A stretch of 26,541 bases of DNA, from IMG/VR virus record IMGVR_UViG_3300012953_000190, positions 1 through 26,541 of that record; one strand, written 5' to 3'. Under the pieces are notes generated by a model. The model was given only the letters and a program-made list of their open reading frames with translations, was not told where the DNA came from and did no database searches. The stretch's first letter is position 1, and every line of letters starts with the position of its first letter. Positions 1 through 10,015 of this stretch are shown piece after piece. Origin of the DNA: a virus. Its lineage: Duplodnaviria; Caudoviricetes. The position numbers and the translations under genes are program-made.

Positions 1-410
1 GTGATACCAGTAGCATTAAGATTACCAGAAATCTGAGTGGATCCACTAAACTCAGCCTGTCCATAGGAGTTAAATGTATTGGAAGTACCATTAAAGCTAA
101 CATTGCCATATAAATTTGTAAATCCCTGATTGTCAATACCACCTGCTTGTGGAACATAAAGTATATTACCAATATTAATATCATTGGTAACATTTAAAGT
201 ATTGCCAGCATACAACCTATCACCAACATATAAGTCATCTACAAATGTGCCGATACCAGTGAATGTGGATACTCCAGATACACTTAATTGACTGACTGAT
301 GCAATTCCACCAATAACATTAACAGCATCCTGTGTGGAAACAGAACCGCCACCTTTGCTTGATAGTATTTTTACTGCTTCAGTTTGACCAACTCGTACTT
401 TGATAGGCAT
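1..410 (-). CDS. Partial CDS (runs off the window), tail-fibre-like virion structural protein; absent from the ORF track
   Basis: ATG at 410-408 overlaps the upstream TAA (TAATG). The frame is open to base 1: MPIKVRVGQTEAVKILSSKGGGSVSTQDAVNVIGGIASVSQLSVSGVSTFTGIGTFVDDLYVGDRLYAG...ISGNLNATGIT. Short G/T/V/N-rich beta-strand repeats (LSVSGVSTF, LNATGIT) are typical of cyanomyovirus fibre proteins. Confidence 0.8.
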   Translation of the reverse strand, partial: MPIKVRVGQTEAVKILSSKGGGSVSTQDAVNVIGGIASVSQLSVSGVSTFTGIGTFVDDLYVGDRLYAGNTLNVTNDINIGNILYVPQAGGIDNQGFTNLYGNVSFNGTSNTFNSYGQAEFSGSTQISGNLNATGI

Positions 411-751
411 TATCTTGTCACCCCTTCTCGAACAAGAACAGATCCTTCAATTACTCTTGTTTTTTCTCCAGCTCCGTTTGTTATAACAATGTCATATAAA
501 TGACGACCAGGTTTTAAAGATCCTGAATCAGTTGCAGATAAAGAAATTTTTATCTGCCCATTACTAGCATCAACAATAGTAGTTGAAAAATCAGTTTTTT
601 TAATACTTCCAGGATGTTTTCTAATCTGAGCTGCTACTGCAAATCCAGCCAAACTTAATGGACCAGAATCATCACTCTCAATCAGATCAAAATCTTGATC
701 GAAAGTAGCTCCTGCATTAATCACCAAATTTGAAACATATACAGCTGACAT
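410..751 (-). CDS. Small conserved phage structural/adaptor protein (BppU N-terminal-like beta-sandwich suspected)
   Basis: 113-aa ORF, co-oriented and coupled to the next gene. The pattern GATF...AQIRK...G.I.ISL...LKPGR..YDI...KTRVIEG.V.V..GVTR is one I recall from cyanomyovirus tail regions. The fold assignment is inference. Confidence 0.7.
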   Translation of the reverse strand: MSAVYVSNLVINAGATFDQDFDLIESDDSGPLSLAGFAVAAQIRKHPGSIKKTDFSTTIVDASNGQIKISLSATDSGSLKPGRHLYDIVITNGAGEKTRVIEGSVLVREGVTR

Positions 752-776
752 CTATTTAAATAATATTTCCTGTTTG

Positions 777-784
777 TATTTATG
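777..784 (-). promoter_or_regulatory. Possible T4-type late promoter (CATAAATA, 7/8 match)
   Basis: + strand tatttatg overlaps the TAA at 780-782 and lies 25 nt upstream of the ATG at 751. Chance matches are possible in AT-rich DNA. Confidence 0.45.
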
Positions 785-986
785 TCTTATTATTGCCATC
801 CACTAAAATTTTCAACAAAGACTTGATTTCATCAATATCTTTTTTCATATCAGAGATCTCACGTTTACGTTCTTTACTCTTCTCAATAGACTTTACATAC
901 TGATCATAACCTGCATCATCACAATTTATGATTGCTCCAGTTTTTTCATCCCTGTAAAGATGTGAATGTCCTTCAACTTTAATCAT
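780..986 (-). CDS. Small hypothetical protein with a C-terminal coiled coil (68 aa)
   Basis: The ATG at 986-984 overlaps the upstream TGA (TGATG), whereas the track start at 989 is a GTG. Sequence MIKVEGHSHLYRDEKTGAIIN...ISDMKKDIDEIKSLLKIL shows a heptad pattern. Confidence 0.75.
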   Translation of the reverse strand: MIKVEGHSHLYRDEKTGAIINCDDAGYDQYVKSIEKSKERKREISDMKKDIDEIKSLLKILVDGNNKT

Positions 987-3900
987 CACTTAACTGCTAT
1001 TGATCTTAACTCTTTGATTCTAGGTGGTTGTGCCTGATTTGTACCTAACATAACAACCTTAATTGTAAATCCGATAAATTCTGGTAAATTATCAACAGTA
1101 AATTGATATTCTCTAAATTGACCATTTATACTTTCAGGTACGAATGCATCTGGTCTACCATCATTCTTTGAATTATCTGTAACTAAAAATCCATCGTTAT
1201 CTAGTTTAGTAACATTGTTAAAACCAGGAAACAGTTCAAATGACTGTTCAACTTCACTTGAATCAGATCTAATCAAACTATATAATACTCTAAAATCAGA
1301 TGATTCTGGTCTAAATGCTGTTAGAAGAATCTTCAAAGAAGTTGCTGGTTTATTAAGATTAACTGTATTTGAGATATAGATTGATGTATGAGGATCATCT
1401 ATAATCGAATTAACTCTATTATCTTTATCGTAACTATCAACTCCGATTGGATTATTTAATCTGTGATTAATAAATTCAGTTTCAGATCCACTACTTAACC
1501 TAACAATAGGAGAAATATTTTCATCATTTGAAGTTAGGTTCAAAATTGTTGTAAATGATTTACTTGAAGGAAGTGATCCTAAGTACTCATTTTCATTCAC
1601 CTTTGAAGAAACTAATCTTACAGTATCTAAAGAATTATATGTGTTTAATTGTACTGGTTGGAATCCATTATCAATAAAGGATGGTTCATTACCACTTACA
1701 CTTGTTCCTGATACAGTTCTAATTGAAGCATCTATGCCCGTTACAGCACCTGCAACACCAGATGGTGTCAATACATCATATCTTGGTATTAATGCACCAT
1801 AGAGAATGTTTTGAGATGCCCTGACATTAGATCCACCAGTAAATGACTCACTATTAAATGAAAGTTGTGGTGCACCGACAGCATCTGTTTGTCTATCTTT
1901 TCCACGAGTTGAATCTCTAGTAAATGTAACGTGATAACTATCTAAATCGACTGGATCACTTATACCTAGAACTGAAGAATCAGGAACTTCAAGTCTTCTA
2001 ATAGAAACACCTGAAATCTCATATTTTCTAACAACCTCACTTATTTGATGTACAATTGGTATTGTATTATCTACACCCCTTTGATTTCCCAACCCAGATG
2101 CAATTTGTAAACTATTCTCATTGATAGACTGGTAACCAATTATTTCATCACCAATTTTAACATATCCAATATTTGTAGGACTTACAGGTACTCCTTCAAA
2201 ATTAACAAATTGAGATGTAGAACCAACACTAATTTTAGTTGTATCGGTACTTGATAATTGTTCTGTCAAAGTTGTAGGAGATACATCGGATTGAATACCT
2301 TTAATTTTAACTTTATTATTTGATGAGTGCATACCATGATTAAAATGATTCACTTTCATCACATTTCCTGCATTCACACCTGTTGTATTAAAGTTTCTCC
2401 TTATAACAACCCCAGTTGATGCTAATGAAACGGAAGTGTTACTATTATCAAAATATTTCACAGAATCTGTGTTTATAATAAATGAATTGTCTTCTGCCTG
2501 AATATCAGTTAGATATAGAGTATCAATACCATAAGTTTGTGTAACTGTGAATCTTGCACCCTCTCCTTGACCACCAGCACTACTTGTAACAATACCAATT
2601 ACATCACCAACCTTGTAACCTGTTCCATTATCAACAATAGTTATTTGATTAACTGCACCAGATGATACAGAATCAATATTTAATTTAAATTCACTTCCCT
2701 CACCTGTAATCGCAAAGGTTTCTACATCATTTGCAGGTGTATAATTTTTTCCACCTGCTATAGAAACAGAAACAATAGAACTTCCTGTGCCGACAATTAC
2801 AGCAGTGCTTGAATCTTTATTACCACATATTTTTCTACCTGGTGTTAAAATACTTGCAATCTGAGCATCTGCGTTAGTTGTAATACCCACACTTCCTGTT
2901 TTGGGTAGTGTTTGAATTGGATTTGCATTTAATAATGGAACGTAACCATTACTGTCACTTAAATCTGGATTATTAAAGAATGCAGATCCTGATAATGAAG
3001 TAAACTTGGCCTTATATAACTTAAATGTCATATCTTGTGATTGATCTTCAGTCCATAAAGCACCATTTTGTGATTTGAATATTGAACCAGCACCGTATTG
3101 TGTACTGTAAATTAAAGATGCTCCAGCATTTCCAGATTGTATTGAATTTGGATTTACTGCAATTCCACCATGTCTTGCTGTCCAAACATTATATGCAGTG
3201 CTATTTGGTGCAACTAATACAAATGAATATGAATTACCTGGTGCCAAATATATTGGTTCAGGGAAAGTAAATTTAGTTGCTTTACTTGCACTTTCACTAT
3301 CAAACTCAATTAAATTAACTTCATTTCCATTTGCATCTACACCTTTTGGTCTCAATGTCTTACTTCTTCCGACCAATGTTGTTGAAGGTCTTGCATCACC
3401 AGTTACCGTTCTTATCTCACATCTTATTGGTGTGTTAGATACTGTATCTACCGATGCAAAGTAAACTTCTACTGCAGTTATAAAAGCACCATTAAAATCT
3501 TTGTTTGCATCTTTTGCACTTGGAGCTAAAACATTACCACCTACTGTAAATGTTTGTGCTAATGGATCATCATTATCTGCTTGAATGACTTGTGGTTGTG
3601 GATTAAATGTACCATTAATATTAAATGTACTTCTATTTGTTGTTAAAGTAATTGTTTCTGCCCATTCTTCAACTGTTCCGAAAGCAGAATATTCAGTATC
3701 TGCAGTTATAACACCAAATTTTTGAGTTGCATCAACTATTAGATTCGTTGGACTTGTTGTTAATTTAAAATTCTTTACACCACTTTGTATTTTTACAACA
3801 GGAGATGGTTGTGTAAATGGGTCTCTTAAGAAACATGATCCAATTAAATCACCATAAGCATCAGTAATTAATTTTAAATCTTTAACATACGCAGTTGCAC

Positions 3901-6900
3901 CACTGTCCTGACCTACAAGAAGTGTATTTTTTGACAAATGTCCAAAGAAATCACCCTGTGCTTCTTCTGATAATGACTTAGTATCAATATTTAAAATTGT
4001 AGATGATTGGGTGTAATTATTTTGTAATGTATTTAAACCTGAACTATATGGATCACTTATATAAACTTCAGAAGGATTGTTGAATGATCCAGACTTATGA
4101 TTGGGTTGACATGTCCTAAAGATCATACTTTCTGATCCTCTACCAGCATCAGGGTATGCTTTTACTATTTCTCCAATCTTAAACGATCCATTTGAACCAT
4201 ATTCAGTTCCATTTTCACTAGGTGTAATCTCAAGTAATTTTGGAATTACATCAAAAATTCTCTGTCCATCCAAAAATAAATATAATTCAACATAATCAAC
4301 AAACCCACCTGATATAAATTGTATATTTCTAGATCTCATAAAATCATCAGATCTAGATGAAACTAAACTATTTTGAACTTCAGTATCTACATTACTAAAT
4401 GTTATGCTACCATTACCTGCAGCATTAATAGCAACAGTTCCTGTTCTGTTTGTAACAGTTGATAAATCAATGGATGTTGTTCCTTGATCAAAATTCATAT
4501 TAATGTTTGATACAGAATTAGTTCCTGTTTGTTGTATAGTTTGATCGGGAAGTTGCGTTGTTCTAGTCCATACATCACTTTGAGGATCTAATTCAACATT
4601 TCCAGAAAATACTGGTAACTCATATGGATTTACATTGATGATATCAAGCACATCACCAGTTTTGGTTGCGTATGGTTGAGTGATCCATTCTACTTCTTCA
4701 TAATTAAGTGTTATGACATTACCAGTTTTTTTGACATTTGAATCAAATAATTCAAAATCGGTATTAAAATCTAACTCAGAACTTATAGTAAATGTTTTTG
4801 GTGTTATCTGAGATGCTAATGTATCTCTTGTTCTAAAAGGTATTAATTCTTGAGCATCTGGATTTATCTGAATTGAAGATAGATTTCGATTTATGAAATT
4901 ATAATTTCTAAAAGCATCTACAAAGAATCCACTTTTGAATCTATTTTTACCTTCATCATCTAAAATTTGTAATGTCTGTGCATTAACTTCTAACAATGAT
5001 AGAGTTGTAGTTTCCTCTAAGTTAGTAACTCTATCCTCAATATCACCAATATCTCTCATGGTGTATCTTCTATTATCCTTTAAAGATAGAAGAGCATCTT
5101 GTGTATTGTACAAATATGGAGGTAATATAATTGTACCCAATTCCATTAATTCATCATTTTTGATTGGTGCTTTAGGATTTACCGAAGAAACACCCTTTTC
5201 ATAAATGAACTGACCAGATTTATTCAGATAAATTTTATCTATTCTTGGTAAATAATGTTCGAATGAAGTTGAAGAACTTTCGTTGGGTTTCAAATATTGT
5301 ACAATTGATGTTCCACTAAAATCTCTTTGGGAAAAATCAAATGGTGATTTTGTATCAGTAGATGGGTTATAAACAGAAACCCTTGGTCTAAAGTCAAAAG
5401 TATCACTTGCTCTTACATTTGATAATCCAATAGTGGGAATATCTTTTGAATATCTTTCTTTATCATAACTGACAATAGTGAATACATCTCCATCATCATT
5501 ACTCGGAACACTATAATAATCAAATACAACTAATAATGGACCTTTTGGTTCTGAAACATTCTTTGTTCGAATTAATTTAGAATAATCATAGAACTCGTCT
5601 TTCTGCCCCTTATTTAAAGTAAATGAATTAGTAATATTCTTATATACACCAATTTCTATTGCTTGTATACTAGTTTCAATATTTGATTCTGAAAATGTTA
5701 CTATATCAGAGGAATTGAATTTAGATGGTGTTAGATAAACAATTGACAATTTATTTGTATCTGGCTTACCTACAATTCTTGCGAGTGTCTTGCTATCTTT
5801 TGATAAGATATTTTCACCTATAATAGCATTTGCTTCAACATTAACAGTACTTGAAAATTGTAAAACATCTAGTGTTGGTGTTTGATTATCAATTGATTCA
5901 TAAACTGCTAAGAATTTAACTACATCAGGATAGTTAAGTGATATTTCTTCATCCTGAACTCTTAACCCATACCTACCATCAAATGTTAAACCATCAGCCA
6001 CTTGTGCAGCACCATTTCCAACTGCAGTACTTCCTGATTTTGCATATTTTGATCTTGTAACATTCAAGACTTGACTTCGATTATATTGTTTTATTTTTGA
6101 TTTAACTGAATTTTTAATAATCGTCGCATCTACGGTTTTACTATTACTATTACCAACATTAGATATAGAAATATCATTACCTCCATTATTGAAGGAAAAT
6201 GTATCATTTGTAATTGATTGGGGTACAGATAAATTATCAAATATTGAATATCTTTCTTGATCAAAAACATCAAATACTGCACTAGATGCAGCAAATCCAA
6301 ATTCATTTGTAATATCTAAAGATAGAACACCACTACCATCTGAAGATTTTGTTACTTTTTTTGTAATTTTTATCTTAGATTTAGTTAAATCGACAGTTGA
6401 TACATTTTTATTTGGTAATGGAGCATATAAAGTTCCTTGTCCACTGATTAAAGGTGCCCCTAAAAATGCAGATACTGATATAGAACCTGTTCCTGTAAGA
6501 TCTCCATTAAAAACATTTGCTACTGAACTTATATTTGCTAACGTTATCTCTGTTCCTTCAGCATTAATACTAGAAACTCTATTAAAAGTTTCTGTTGTAA
6601 TATTTGGTCTTTGATATCTTATTACATCACCTTCTTTGATACCAGAAAATACCATACCACTAGCACTCATTGTTTGACCAGTATTTGTAAGAGTTACTGT
6701 ATCAATATTATTAGGTAGTTTAAATTTTTCAAGAACTACGTCAGCTGCAAAAGTTGAACCCTCTTTAACAGATTTTATATCTTGAGACGCATATTCAACT
6801 AAACTACTAATTGTTCTTGGAACATCAACACCATTGATTTGTATTTGCTCCCCACTTACAAAAGTTCCAGAAGTTTGGTTTAATGTTGCAGATGTTGTAT

Positions 6901-8380
6901 CATTACCAGCATTAACAGCAAATCCACTTGCACCACTATTTTTTCCTTTAACAAAAGATCCTGCAGGTAATTCTGTGCTACTTACTGCTTGATTTAGAGT
7001 TAATACAGTATTTGTCTGTATGTCAAATAATCTCAATTCCCATCTTGTAGATTCATTTGTATATGGTGCGTCTTCCAAATTAAAAGAATAAGCTCTCGCA
7101 CTTCCAATGCCACCTGTACCACCATGTCTATTATATAATTCAACTATATTTCCTGAATTTACTACTCCTTTAGTAACATTATTAACTTTAAGAATATTAC
7201 CCATTTCATATGATAAACCAATATCACTCCTTATACCAACCTCTCTTGGTTTATCTATGTCAATAATCGTTGTACCAGGTTTCTCTACGTTGTAACCCCT
7301 TACATATGCCTCTCCTGCTGATATTTTTAAACTCATTAAATCATCAGATGGAGTATTTCCCTGATCGGTTGTATCATCTTCAAAGAAAATACCATTATTT
7401 CCTAAATTATCATTTAATGTATTGAACAATCCCATCCTGAAAGGTGTGATGCTATAATCACCAGATTCTTCAAATGTTCTTTCGGCAACCCAATCACGTA
7501 TTTTATTATAATCACTTTTTGTTTGTAATACTTTCAACTTACCTTCATCCAATCTCATCAATTCAATGAAATCAGTATCACTTTTATCAGTTAAAGGTTT
7601 TTTAGATAATGTTAAATTTATTTTAAGTCTATCTGCACCAGGTGCTGCATAGTTAGTAAATCCCTTTGCATTATCAAATAATGAATTATCTTCTTTTGCA
7701 TTTACTAATGTCTCATCTATTTTTAGACCTATACGATATGAAGGAGTGTTTGTATAATTATCTAATATGATGGTTTGATCAGAAACTCTTACGAAAAATC
7801 CTCTAACAAAATAAACACCTTGGGATATAAAAGCTGCAGATCCTATTGATGTTGCATTTTCAGAAATTAAAGATGAGAATGGTGTATTTGCAGTAATTGT
7901 TGTATTTCCGTAAATAACATTTTCTGTGCAAGTTAAAGTTTCACCGTCACTAAAGGTATTAATTTGTGAATTATTATCTGCTGTTACATAGTTTACATAT
8001 AATGTTACATCATTTACATTATTATCATCTGGTAGTGAAATATATTTTACTATACCCTGAATACCAGATTCACTACCGACAATTTTTTTACCTAAAAATT
8101 GATTGATGTAAAGAGATACATCTAGGTTAAAATTAGTTTTATTTAATTTTACAGCGCTATATTGTGTATCATATCCAATTCCACCAGGTATTACAACTGA
8201 CCCCTCTTTAAATACATGTTCACCAAAAGATTCTATTTGATCTTGTAATATTGATTGTTGTGTTGTTAACTCTCTTGCTTGTACTGGAAATCCTGGTTTA
8301 TATAAAACCTTATAAAAATTTTTCCCACTATCATAGTCATCATAATACGGACTTACATTAAGATTAATTTTTTGTGCCAT
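986..8380 (-). CDS. Large virion structural protein, VrlC-like / DUF4815 family (baseplate-associated)
   Basis: 2464 aa. Motifs: N-terminal LNVSPYYDDY...KVLYKPGFPVQARELTTQQSILQ.Q, APGADRLKI, AERTFEESGDY, DFRPR, YLPRIDK, NRRYTMRDIGDIEDRVTNLE, FKSGFFVDAF, DPLAQTF, GSIFKSQNG.LWT.DQ..D..FKLY, C-terminal PRIKELRSIA. Located directly after gp8. Confidence 0.8.
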   Translation of the reverse strand: MAQKINLNVSPYYDDYDSGKNFYKVLYKPGFPVQARELTTQQSILQDQIESFGEHVFKEGSVVIPGGIGYDTQYSAVKLNKTNFNLDVSLYINQFLGKKIVGSESGIQGIVKYISLPDDNNVNDVTLYVNYVTADNNSQINTFSDGETLTCTENVIYGNTTITANTPFSSLISENATSIGSAAFISQGVYFVRGFFVRVSDQTIILDNYTNTPSYRIGLKIDETLVNAKEDNSLFDNAKGFTNYAAPGADRLKINLTLSKKPLTDKSDTDFIELMRLDEGKLKVLQTKSDYNKIRDWVAERTFEESGDYSITPFRMGLFNTLNDNLGNNGIFFEDDTTDQGNTPSDDLMSLKISAGEAYVRGYNVEKPGTTIIDIDKPREVGIRSDIGLSYEMGNILKVNNVTKGVVNSGNIVELYNRHGGTGGIGSARAYSFNLEDAPYTNESTRWELRLFDIQTNTVLTLNQAVSSTELPAGSFVKGKNSGASGFAVNAGNDTTSATLNQTSGTFVSGEQIQINGVDVPRTISSLVEYASQDIKSVKEGSTFAADVVLEKFKLPNNIDTVTLTNTGQTMSASGMVFSGIKEGDVIRYQRPNITTETFNRVSSINAEGTEITLANISSVANVFNGDLTGTGSISVSAFLGAPLISGQGTLYAPLPNKNVSTVDLTKSKIKITKKVTKSSDGSGVLSLDITNEFGFAASSAVFDVFDQERYSIFDNLSVPQSITNDTFSFNNGGNDISISNVGNSNSKTVDATIIKNSVKSKIKQYNRSQVLNVTRSKYAKSGSTAVGNGAAQVADGLTFDGRYGLRVQDEEISLNYPDVVKFLAVYESIDNQTPTLDVLQFSSTVNVEANAIIGENILSKDSKTLARIVGKPDTNKLSIVYLTPSKFNSSDIVTFSESNIETSIQAIEIGVYKNITNSFTLNKGQKDEFYDYSKLIRTKNVSEPKGPLLVVFDYYSVPSNDDGDVFTIVSYDKERYSKDIPTIGLSNVRASDTFDFRPRVSVYNPSTDTKSPFDFSQRDFSGTSIVQYLKPNESSSTSFEHYLPRIDKIYLNKSGQFIYEKGVSSVNPKAPIKNDELMELGTIILPPYLYNTQDALLSLKDNRRYTMRDIGDIEDRVTNLEETTTLSLLEVNAQTLQILDDEGKNRFKSGFFVDAFRNYNFINRNLSSIQINPDAQELIPFRTRDTLASQITPKTFTISSELDFNTDFELFDSNVKKTGNVITLNYEEVEWITQPYATKTGDVLDIINVNPYELPVFSGNVELDPQSDVWTRTTQLPDQTIQQTGTNSVSNINMNFDQGTTSIDLSTVTNRTGTVAINAAGNGSITFSNVDTEVQNSLVSSRSDDFMRSRNIQFISGGFVDYVELYLFLDGQRIFDVIPKLLEITPSENGTEYGSNGSFKIGEIVKAYPDAGRGSESMIFRTCQPNHKSGSFNNPSEVYISDPYSSGLNTLQNNYTQSSTILNIDTKSLSEEAQGDFFGHLSKNTLLVGQDSGATAYVKDLKLITDAYGDLIGSCFLRDPFTQPSPVVKIQSGVKNFKLTTSPTNLIVDATQKFGVITADTEYSAFGTVEEWAETITLTTNRSTFNINGTFNPQPQVIQADNDDPLAQTFTVGGNVLAPSAKDANKDFNGAFITAVEVYFASVDTVSNTPIRCEIRTVTGDARPSTTLVGRSKTLRPKGVDANGNEVNLIEFDSESASKATKFTFPEPIYLAPGNSYSFVLVAPNSTAYNVWTARHGGIAVNPNSIQSGNAGASLIYSTQYGAGSIFKSQNGALWTEDQSQDMTFKLYKAKFTSLSGSAFFNNPDLSDSNGYVPLLNANPIQTLPKTGSVGITTNADAQIASILTPGRKICGNKDSSTAVIVGTGSSIVSVSIAGGKNYTPANDVETFAITGEGSEFKLNIDSVSSGAVNQITIVDNGTGYKVGDVIGIVTSSAGGQGEGARFTVTQTYGIDTLYLTDIQAEDNSFIINTDSVKYFDNSNTSVSLASTGVVIRRNFNTTGVNAGNVMKVNHFNHGMHSSNNKVKIKGIQSDVSPTTLTEQLSSTDTTKISVGSTSQFVNFEGVPVSPTNIGYVKIGDEIIGYQSINENSLQIASGLGNQRGVDNTIPIVHQISEVVRKYEISGVSIRRLEVPDSSVLGISDPVDLDSYHVTFTRDSTRGKDRQTDAVGAPQLSFNSESFTGGSNVRASQNILYGALIPRYDVLTPSGVAGAVTGIDASIRTVSGTSVSGNEPSFIDNGFQPVQLNTYNSLDTVRLVSSKVNENEYLGSLPSSKSFTTILNLTSNDENISPIVRLSSGSETEFINHRLNNPIGVDSYDKDNRVNSIIDDPHTSIYISNTVNLNKPATSLKILLTAFRPESSDFRVLYSLIRSDSSEVEQSFELFPGFNNVTKLDNDGFLVTDNSKNDGRPDAFVPESINGQFREYQFTVDNLPEFIGFTIKVVMLGTNQAQPPRIKELRSIAVK

Positions 8381-8385
8381 TTTCT

Positions 8386-9972
8386 TTAGAATTCCAGAAT
8401 GATTTTAACGTCTTCTTTTTGCCTGATGTTCCTTTCAACCTCTTTCCGATTGTCAATGTAAATAACATTTCCAGTCTTTTTATTTATTTCAGGATTAGCA
8501 AGTCCATCTGTGAACTGCACTCCTAAATTGACTAATTTGTTATTAACTGTGGTTGAAATACCTGTAAAATTCTCTATTTCAGAGTTAAAGGTAACTGATC
8601 CACCATCTGGAACAAAAATTCCTCTTCCAGATTCAAAAGATAATACTTTTGAAGATGTATTCACACTTCCAAAGTCAGTATTGTCAAATGTAGTTGTATT
8701 TAAATAAGAACTTCTATCTTGAATATATTTCAAAACTTTTGTGTCCCTATCATATGATGCAACAATCCCCTTTGCCAAATTTCCACTTGAAGTTGTTTGT
8801 GCGATACTCACACCTATCAAATCATTATATTTCGATTCGGGTGTAAGATCTATCGCAGTGCTTAATTTTGCTGCGAATAAAGATGAGAATTGTGATGTTG
8901 TAAGTATACCTGAATTTGATGTATCCGAAGGATTTTTTAAAATTCCAACTTGACCAAAGTGAGTGTCAGTAGGAAAATCTTTCGTTGAATCATCAAAACG
9001 TGAATACACTAAAACTTTATCGGCACCTAGTTCAGTGTAAATATCAGTTCCATGACCTTTCGATGGTGGGATAATTGGTATTAACTTTGCTCTAGTTGTT
9101 ACGTTATTGTCTATATCTGTAAGATCAACCATACCAAAAGTATATCCTGATCCACCGTTAGTTACAAGTGTATCAGTAATTATTCCACCAGTAACTGTTA
9201 CTCTTACTTGTGCTGAACTCCCATCCCCAAGTATATTGCATGAGTGAGATCCGTTTGTATAACCCACACCACCTTTTTCAATATAAACTCTTCTTATTTG
9301 ATTTTTGTTTATATCAGAATCTCCTGCTTCCCTTACTGCCTGTATTTGTGAATCGGTAGAGGTTGCCCAATCATTTGGTAAAACAATGTACTCGGTTGAG
9401 TCAAATTTTACTACGTCACTTGGTGACACTGTGAATAGGTACTTCCACACATATGGATCTTGTGTTCCAGCAGCTGCTGGTTCTAAATCAGTAAATGTTG
9501 GTTCATCTAAAGATTCAACTCCTTTTGCATCAGTTGAAGTAGGATCACCAGAACTTCCATTTGATAAACAAATATAAACCTTAAATTCAGAAGTTATGAC
9601 ATAATAGTTCGTTTTATATAAACTTCCACTTTTGGAGTTTGGAGCTTGATTATTCTGCTCATTATAGTCATGACGATAGATATCGTATCTTGTGTTAGAA
9701 GCCCAAGTATGTTTTTTTACTACTCTTCTAATATTAGAAGAACTTATTTTTTTACCGAATAGTGAAGTATCTCTGTAGTGAGTTAGATATTGCTGATTAT
9801 CAATAGGATCAGATGGCCAAGTTGGATTATCCGAAGTCGTTCTACCAAAACCAGCAGATACTGGATTTGGTAATCCCAAGAAAACATAATAAGAATTACT
9901 AGAGTCTAAAACAGAATCTACAAAATTACCTGCGTTTACTATTCTAAATTGATCTGTTACTACCGCTGGCAT
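8386..9972 (-). CDS. gp8: Baseplate wedge subunit, T4 gp8-like
   Basis: 528 aa. Motifs YYVFLGLP, W.....YDIYRHDY, YYVITSEFKVYICLSNG, DPYVWKYLFTV...KFDSTEYIVLP, QVGILKNP and GNVIYIDNR..V.R...QKEDVKIILEF. Synteny gp6-gp7-gp8. Confidence 0.88.
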   Translation of the reverse strand: MPAVVTDQFRIVNAGNFVDSVLDSSNSYYVFLGLPNPVSAGFGRTTSDNPTWPSDPIDNQQYLTHYRDTSLFGKKISSSNIRRVVKKHTWASNTRYDIYRHDYNEQNNQAPNSKSGSLYKTNYYVITSEFKVYICLSNGSSGDPTSTDAKGVESLDEPTFTDLEPAAAGTQDPYVWKYLFTVSPSDVVKFDSTEYIVLPNDWATSTDSQIQAVREAGDSDINKNQIRRVYIEKGGVGYTNGSHSCNILGDGSSAQVRVTVTGGIITDTLVTNGGSGYTFGMVDLTDIDNNVTTRAKLIPIIPPSKGHGTDIYTELGADKVLVYSRFDDSTKDFPTDTHFGQVGILKNPSDTSNSGILTTSQFSSLFAAKLSTAIDLTPESKYNDLIGVSIAQTTSSGNLAKGIVASYDRDTKVLKYIQDRSSYLNTTTFDNTDFGSVNTSSKVLSFESGRGIFVPDGGSVTFNSEIENFTGISTTVNNKLVNLGVQFTDGLANPEINKKTGNVIYIDNRKEVERNIRQKEDVKIILEF

Positions 9973-9989
9973 ATTAATAGGTTTTTAGA

Positions 9990-9997
9990 TATTTATA
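9990..9997 (-). promoter_or_regulatory. T4-type late promoter TATAAATA for gp8 and downstream genes
   Basis: Exact consensus (+ strand tatttata) in the 43-nt gp7/gp8 gap, 17 nt before the ATG at 9972. Confidence 0.8.
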
Positions 9998-10015
9998 CAT
10001 AATATTTAACATTAT

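Noticed and set aside
753-762. Perfect 10-bp palindrome TATTTAAATA next to the start at 751
   Set aside because: All A/T, so expected by chance in this genome, and too weak to call a hairpin or operator.
986-8380. Virulence factor interpretation of the 'VrlC-like' label
   Set aside because: The name comes from a phage-related locus in Dichelobacter. The context here is a baseplate operon.
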